Below, in pieces: positions 44,242-49,652 of a stretch of 49,652 bases of DNA. The stretch lies in contig NW_013657602.1 in NCBI RefSeq assembly GCF_000142905.1, positions 1-49,652 on the forward strand. The letters are read 5' to 3'. The DNA is from Thecamonas trahens ATCC 50062. Lineage: Eukaryota; Protista; Apusomonadida. Under the pieces are notes generated by a model, which searched no databases, had not been told where the DNA came from, and was given only the letters and a program-made list of their open reading frames with translations. Position 1 is the first letter of the stretch; the number at the start of each line of letters is the position of its first letter. Made by a program: the position numbers and the translations under genes.

Positions 44242-46683
44242 ATGGAGGCGAGCAGCCGGCTGGAGGAGCGGGTGCGGGAGTTAGAGGCACGGGTGCGACG
44301 AAAGCAAGCGACTATTGACTCGCTGAGGGGTATGGTGAGGGGCATGAGCACTGGTGGAGGTGGTGGCGGCGAGGGTGAGGCTGGTGCTGGCGAGGCGGGT
44401 GGTGCTGACCTGGCCGACGAGCTGGAAAAGTCACGATCGGAGGCTGGCTTTCTGAAAGAGGAGCTCGTGAGAGCCAAGAACAAAGTGACCGAGCTGCGGG
44501 CTCTGTTGGGGCCAATGGGGATGAGTGCGCTGATGGATGAGGCTGCAGAGGCAGAGCGATCAGCGAGCAAGTCGAGCAAGGCGCTGGCAGACCTGGAGGC
44601 GCGCGCCGAGGAGCAGAAGGAGACCATCGTGGCCTTGCGGGGTGAAGTGGAGACGCTCGGTGCCCAACTGGCTCTGGCGCATGCGGATGATGCTCAGGTC
44701 GCTGCTGCTGGGAAGAGAGCTGCACTGGCTGCGTCGGACCTGTCTGATGCTCGCGCAGACAACGCGACGCTGCGGGCAGCGCTTGACGCGGCCGAGGCCG
44801 AGCTGGCCCAGCTCCGGGCCGAGGCTGCTGCCGGCCGCACGGCTGCGGCCGAGGCATTTGAGCTGGCTGCTCGCTTGGAGGAGGCCAAGGTGAGCGCGAC
44901 GACGCTGCGTGGCGAGCTGGCCAGTGCGAGCTCAGCGGCTGCCGAGCTGACCCAGCTCCGCGCCGAGCTCAAGGCGATGCGCAAGCAGCGTGATGCACTG
45001 GCGCGTGCGCTGGCCGACGAGGAGGCGCGGACTGAGGCGCTCAAGGGCATGGTCAAGGCGCAAGAAGCCGACGCGCTCGCCGACTACGCCGCTCGAAAGT
45101 CGCGCGGTGCGCTCGAGGACCAAGTTGCGGCGCTGACCGCACAGCTCGAGCGGGCTCGTGATGAAAAAGAAGCGATGCGCGCAGCGGCGGCGCGGCTGGC
45201 CGAAGCTCGCGAAGATGCAGCAGCCGCCGAGCGGAGCTCGGCGCTCGAGGCTCTCATTGCCACGTCTGCCGGCAGAAGTAGCAACCAAAAGTCTGCTGCA
45301 CAGCGCGAGGCCGATGTGAGGCTGGCCGATCTCCGCGCTGCGCTACAGGCGGCGGCAGCCGAAAACGCAGCGGTCAAGGACGAGCTCACCGCCGCACGCC
45401 ACGCCGCTGCGGTCGAGACGGCCAAGGTCAACGACCGCGACGCCACCATTACTTCGCTCCGCGACGCCCTGGCTTCTGCGCGGGCGAGCGCCGACTCGGC
45501 AGCCGAGACAGCACGCGCCGCTGACGGCCGGGCGCGGCAGGCCGAGTCTGCGCTCCGAGCGCGGAACGCGGCGCTTGATGCAGCCGAGGCTGCCCGCCGC
45601 ACCGCAGTCGAGGCAGCAGCTGCTGCCACGACACAGGCGAGCGACGCGCTGAGCGCCGCGGGCCAACTGAAAGACGAGCTCAAGGCAGCCGAGTTGCGAA
45701 TGCGGCGGGCAGCGAGTGTGGCCGACCGCGCCGAAGACGCTGCGGCGGCTGCGCGCGACGAGAACGCGCGACTGGAGGCCGCCAACAAGGACCTGGCGCG
45801 GCAAATCGAGGCGCAAACGGCGGCAGCGGAGGCGGCAGTCGAGACGGCTCGGCGGGCAGGGGAGCGGAGTGCTTTGCTGGCAGGGGAGCTGGACGCTGTC
45901 CGCGGCAAGCTGGCGGCGACCAAGGAGTCCAACGCTGAGCTCCAGGCACTCGCGCGTGAACGATCAGCAGCAGTGTCGGCGCTGGAGCGCCAGATGGATA
46001 CGGCGTCGGGCTGGCGGAGCTCGGCGGCATCGAGTGCAGAGGCTGCAGCGTCGAAGCGCGACGAGGCGGCGTCGCTGCGTGCGATTGTGGCGAGGCTGCA
46101 AGATGAGAACGACGGGTTGCGAAGCGCAGCGGCGGCGGCCGGCGACCGTGAGGCAGCGGCTGTGAACGCCAAGGCGAGGCTGGAGGCCAAGGTTGCGGGC
46201 CTGCGATCGGAGCTGGCGACTGTCCGGGCGCAGCACCGCGAGGAGCGGGCTATTGTGTCGACGTCGGCAAGCACGGCGGCGGCGGCGTCGTCACGGGCGG
46301 CGGCCGCCGCTGCAACGGTCTCGGACAAAGACGAGACCATTGCGCGGCTGCGAAGCATGGTGCTCAAGCTGCAGGCGCGGCTGGCGGGTGCTGGTGCTGA
46401 CGAGCAGGAAGCCAAGATAGCGAGCCTAGAGGAGCAGGTCGAGCACGCCAAAGCGACGTCAGCACAGCTGCGGCGGGTGCTTGCTACGTACCAGGCCGAG
46501 GCGCGCGACGTGTCGCGGGCGGCCGATGCGAGCTACGGCGGCGTGCCGCGGGCGGCGGACGACGCGGCGGCGGTGGCGAGCAAGCTGCGGAAGGAAAACC
46601 GGCGGCTGAAAGAGATGCTGACGTCGGTGCGAAGTGACAACGATGCGCTGCGGGCGATGGTGGCTCGGGCGCGCGGGCGGTGA
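44242..46683 (+). CDS. Ala-rich long coiled-coil protein, 813 aa, function unknown
   Basis: Uninterrupted ORF with near-continuous heptad pattern. Confidence 0.8.
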   Translation: MEASSRLEERVRELEARVRRKQATIDSLRGMVRGMSTGGGGGGEGEAGAGEAGGADLADELEKSRSEAGFLKEELVRAKNKVTELRALLGPMGMSALMDEAAEAERSASKSSKALADLEARAEEQKETIVALRGEVETLGAQLALAHADDAQVAAAGKRAALAASDLSDARADNATLRAALDAAEAELAQLRAEAAAGRTAAAEAFELAARLEEAKVSATTLRGELASASSAAAELTQLRAELKAMRKQRDALARALADEEARTEALKGMVKAQEADALADYAARKSRGALEDQVAALTAQLERARDEKEAMRAAAARLAEAREDAAAAERSSALEALIATSAGRSSNQKSAAQREADVRLADLRAALQAAAAENAAVKDELTAARHAAAVETAKVNDRDATITSLRDALASARASADSAAETARAADGRARQAESALRARNAALDAAEAARRTAVEAAAAATTQASDALSAAGQLKDELKAAELRMRRAASVADRAEDAAAAARDENARLEAANKDLARQIEAQTAAAEAAVETARRAGERSALLAGELDAVRGKLAATKESNAELQALARERSAAVSALERQMDTASGWRSSAASSAEAAASKRDEAASLRAIVARLQDENDGLRSAAAAAGDREAAAVNAKARLEAKVAGLRSELATVRAQHREERAIVSTSASTAAAASSRAAAAAATVSDKDETIARLRSMVLKLQARLAGAGADEQEAKIASLEEQVEHAKATSAQLRRVLATYQAEARDVSRAADASYGGVPRAADDAAAVASKLRKENRRLKEMLTSVRSDNDALRAMVARARGR

Positions 46684-46702
46684 GTTTGGATTTAGGAACG
46701 AG

Positions 46703-48214
46703 TCACAGCTCGGGCTTGTTGTCCGAGTCGGCGAGGGCACGGGCGAGGGCGGTAAAATCAAAGAGGAATGGTGCGAGGAAGCGGGCGAGCCACATGGCGA
46801 CGATGGCGACAGCGACAAGGGCGATGGCGGACTTGACCCAGCCGCGGGAGGAGGTGACCGAGCCAGCGCGGTCTCGATCGGCGGCGCAGAGCTGCGCGTG
46901 TGCGGAGGCCTCGGCGGCCTTGCATGCGTCGGAGCAGTAGACGGCGGCGCAGGTCCGGCACGCGTTGTCGACCGTGAGGCTGACGGCGGCCGGCAGCGTG
47001 TCGCAGGTCGGCATGCAGCAGGGCGAGAACGGAATGGCGCGAGGGAGACGCGTCGAGATGTGAGCGTAGACGCGGATGGTTTGGACAGTGGCTGGGTCGG
47101 GCGAGAGCTGGCCCGGGTTCCACATGCGGAGCAGGCGCATGGCGGCGCGGTAGCGGGTGAGGTCGGCGATGCCGGCCCGGATGTCGTCAGGCGCGTTGGC
47201 GATGGCGTCGTCTGATGTCTCGTGCTTGAGCAGCCGAGTAGTTGCCAGCTGGAGCGAGGCGAGCGCGGTGTACCAGTGGCAGTCGGGCGCGGTGGCGAGA
47301 AAGGCCTCGATGGCGGCGGCGGCGTCGTCCATGGCAGCGTCGGCGTCGGCTGGACAGTCAGCCTCGCGGAGCTCTGTCGCCCGCGAAGTGTGGATGTGAC
47401 CGAGGAAGAGATGGGCTTCGCCGCGCAGCTCGCTGCCGGGCACATCTTCGGGAAGAGCGAGAGCGTCGGTGAAACAGTTCTCGGCAACGTCGACGATCTC
47501 GGCGTGTGCGGGGCCAGCAAAGGCAACCGACCACATGACGAGGATGCCAGCGAGGAGCGGAACGCGAAGATCGCCCCCAGCAGCAACAATGGTGGCGTGC
47601 TGGACAAGTTGCATCGATTTCGCAACAAGCCGGAGGATGCTGCGCATGCGATCGCTCCGGGCCTCGCGGCCGGCGTCGTCGCCCTCGCCGGGCGGCGGAG
47701 CAGCGTTGAGCGCAGAAGCCTGTCGAAGCGCAGCAAAGTGAAATGCAAAAGCAGCGACCATGCAGCTGGCAATCGAGTCGTCGTCTGCGCCCTCTTCCAA
47801 CGCAAGCACGCCCTGCAACTTGCGGTAGCGATCAGGCGAATCGAGGATGTCTCCCCAATCAAGAGCGACCACAGCGATGAGCATGGCCTCGTACAGCATC
47901 TCGCACACTGCGCGACCTTGTGCGCGATGCTTGCTCCTCTCCGCCTCGTCCATGCTCTCGCCACCAGGGCGAGCATCACCAGTATGGTAATCGGCATCTG
48001 TGCCATGATCGGCATCGGCATCGGCATCGGTATCATTGACGCTGACCTCTTGGTTCTGCGCCAGGCTACCGGAGTCGTCGACGGGGAGAAGCGGAAAGTG
48101 GTCAAGGGCAACAAGACCAGCCGACCACTTGGTAAAGGCGGAGAGCACTCGCTTGCCTGTCGGCGTTGTGCCGATTGCCCCAATGGCGCTGAATTGGTAT
48201 GGGAGGCTGGTCAT
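46703..48214 (-). CDS. Helical (TPR-like) protein with MYND-type zinc finger and C-terminal TM segment, 503 aa
   Basis: C..PTC...CRTC..VYCSDACK.....H..LC followed by hydrophobic SAIALVAVAIVAMWLA; start inferred downstream of (CAT)n repeats. Confidence 0.7.
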   Translation of the reverse strand: MTSLPYQFSAIGAIGTTPTGKRVLSAFTKWSAGLVALDHFPLLPVDDSGSLAQNQEVSVNDTDADADADHGTDADYHTGDARPGGESMDEAERSKHRAQGRAVCEMLYEAMLIAVVALDWGDILDSPDRYRKLQGVLALEEGADDDSIASCMVAAFAFHFAALRQASALNAAPPPGEGDDAGREARSDRMRSILRLVAKSMQLVQHATIVAAGGDLRVPLLAGILVMWSVAFAGPAHAEIVDVAENCFTDALALPEDVPGSELRGEAHLFLGHIHTSRATELREADCPADADAAMDDAAAAIEAFLATAPDCHWYTALASLQLATTRLLKHETSDDAIANAPDDIRAGIADLTRYRAAMRLLRMWNPGQLSPDPATVQTIRVYAHISTRLPRAIPFSPCCMPTCDTLPAAVSLTVDNACRTCAAVYCSDACKAAEASAHAQLCAADRDRAGSVTSSRGWVKSAIALVAVAIVAMWLARFLAPFLFDFTALARALADSDNKPEL

Positions 48215-48586
48215 GGCCGAGTCGAGTGCGACGGCGGACAGGGGACGGGCGACGGGCGACGGGCGACGGGCGACCGGGACCGGGACGAGAGCCGGTGAGA
48301 TGCGTGAATGGGAGCATTGTATAGCTGGATGATTAGATGAGTCAAGGGGGGCACGGGGGCGGGGGGGGGGGGGGAGGGGGGGGGGTATCGGATCAGACTC
48401 GTGTTTGCCATCATCATCATCATGGTCATCATCATGGTCATCATCATGGTCATGGTCATCCATCATGGTATTCGTCATCATCATCATCATCTCCATCATC
48501 ATCTTCATCATCATTCCCATCGCCATCATGTGGTCGGTTAGGATGATTGACGCTGTCTCAGTCTGCACCTCGGTCTCGGTCTGCAC

Positions 48587-48587
<1 letters not shown>

Positions 48588-48656
<69 letters not shown>

Positions 48657-48657
48657 T
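48588..48657. repeat. (GGTCTC)n microsatellite upstream of HIU hydrolase; (CAT)n-rich tract at about 48409-48530
   Basis: Direct reading. Confidence 0.85.
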
Positions 48658-48716
48658 CTCACTTGGCTCGGGTCCGAGTCAATCAAGAGTCACTCAACTC
48701 TACCACACTACATACT

Positions 48717-49491
48717 ATGGCCGACACCATTACGCTCTCGTCGCATGTACTCGACACGACCACTGGGTAGGCTAGTGCATGCATGCCTTCTCTATACCCA
48801 CCACTTGGGGCTACTTCCCATCCCCCCATCCGTCAACCCACTCATGTTGCTCTCTGTCTCTTCTGTTCTGCTGTCTGTTGTATCGGCTGTGGCCGGCGGC
48901 GATGTCGGCGGCGGCGATGTTGGCGGTGGTGTGATCGGGCTCTGGCCATTCCGACGAGCGAGAGCAGTCGCCCTGCTGCTGGGCTTGCTGTCGCGCTGGA
49001 GAAGTTTGATGGTTCGACGTACACCACCATCGCAGAGGCGGTTACCAACGATGATGGTCGGGTTGGGGATGTAGGTTGAGGCCGAGAGAGTGTGACGAGG
49101 GATTGAGATAGCAGCCAATGGAGCCGATCACGGCCGATCAAGTCGATCAAGCCGAGTACGGCTGATCGAGCCGGTTACGGCTGATTGAGGAGCTGAGAGT
49201 GTATGGAAGGGAGCAGAGATGCGTATGGATGGAGCGATGGCATTCGGTTAGCGCACTCACCCCTCATGCCTGATTTTGCCCGTGATACGGTGGAAAGTGG
49301 GCCTCGCGGAGCCGCTCACCAAGGCTGTGTACCGGATCACCTTTGCTACCGGCGAGTACTATGCCAAGGAAGACAAGCCATGCTTCTATCCGGTTGTTAC
49401 CATTCTCTTTGACGCCTCGGTCGAGTCTGGCCACTATCATGTCCCGTGCATCCTCTCCTCGCACGGCTACTCGACGTACCGCGGCTCGTAA
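48717..49491 (+). CDS. URAH: 5-hydroxyisourate hydrolase (transthyretin-like), about 117 aa, 3 exons
   Basis: SHVLDTTTGRPAAG, TNDDGR, YRITF..EYY, FYP, HYHVP.ILS..GYSTYRGS (YRGS signature); introns 48767-48967 and about 49071-49290. Confidence 0.96.
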
Positions 49492-49652
49492 CCACCATCA
49501 TCCACCCTCACCCAACTCGCTTACTCTGCCCACCCTGGCCCTGATCGTCCTAATCACCGTCATCCCCTTGATCGCCCCCAATCGCCCTAATCCTGGCCTG
49601 ATAGCCCTCCCCTCCCCCCCCCCCGCTCCCACTCCCGCCAACCCCCCCCCCA

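Noticed and set aside
1-49652. CRISPR arrays, tRNA/rRNA genes, transposases or reverse transcriptases
   Set aside because: None recognised; repeats are simple microsatellites or short tandem duplications without unique spacers

Overview
Chromosome-end window of a GC-rich, gene-dense, intron-poor eukaryote. It opens with a (CCCTAA)n telomere and about 2 kb of subtelomere, followed by about 24 protein genes and one 100-N gap. The mix of motile-cilium genes (ZMYND10, a GNW-motif axonemal protein, a MORN protein), integrin-adhesome genes (talin-like, paxillin/PINCH-like), an HPt phosphorelay protein, SLC38A9 and single-chain DPYD suggests a free-living flagellate near the Amorphea/Obazoa base, such as an apusomonad (inference). 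The main result is a loose nucleobase-catabolism cluster. Three consecutive purine-degradation steps (xanthine dehydrogenase, uricase, HIU hydrolase) lie within 16 kb with an SLC16-type MFS transporter between them, and dihydropyrimidine dehydrogenase lies 7.6 kb away. Manual splicing also recovered a 3-exon Ypd1-like HPt gene missed by the ORF track, and manual frame-joining gave a Gdown1/POLR2M-like gene. Other unusual proteins are an LD-motif + 5-LIM hybrid, a short talin, and a voltage-gated channel with a TGQG filter plus EF-hands. About 15 frameshifts in 10 genes nearly all look like single-base homopolymer under-calls, so these genes are treated as intact. All homology calls come from motif recognition by eye; no database search was run.
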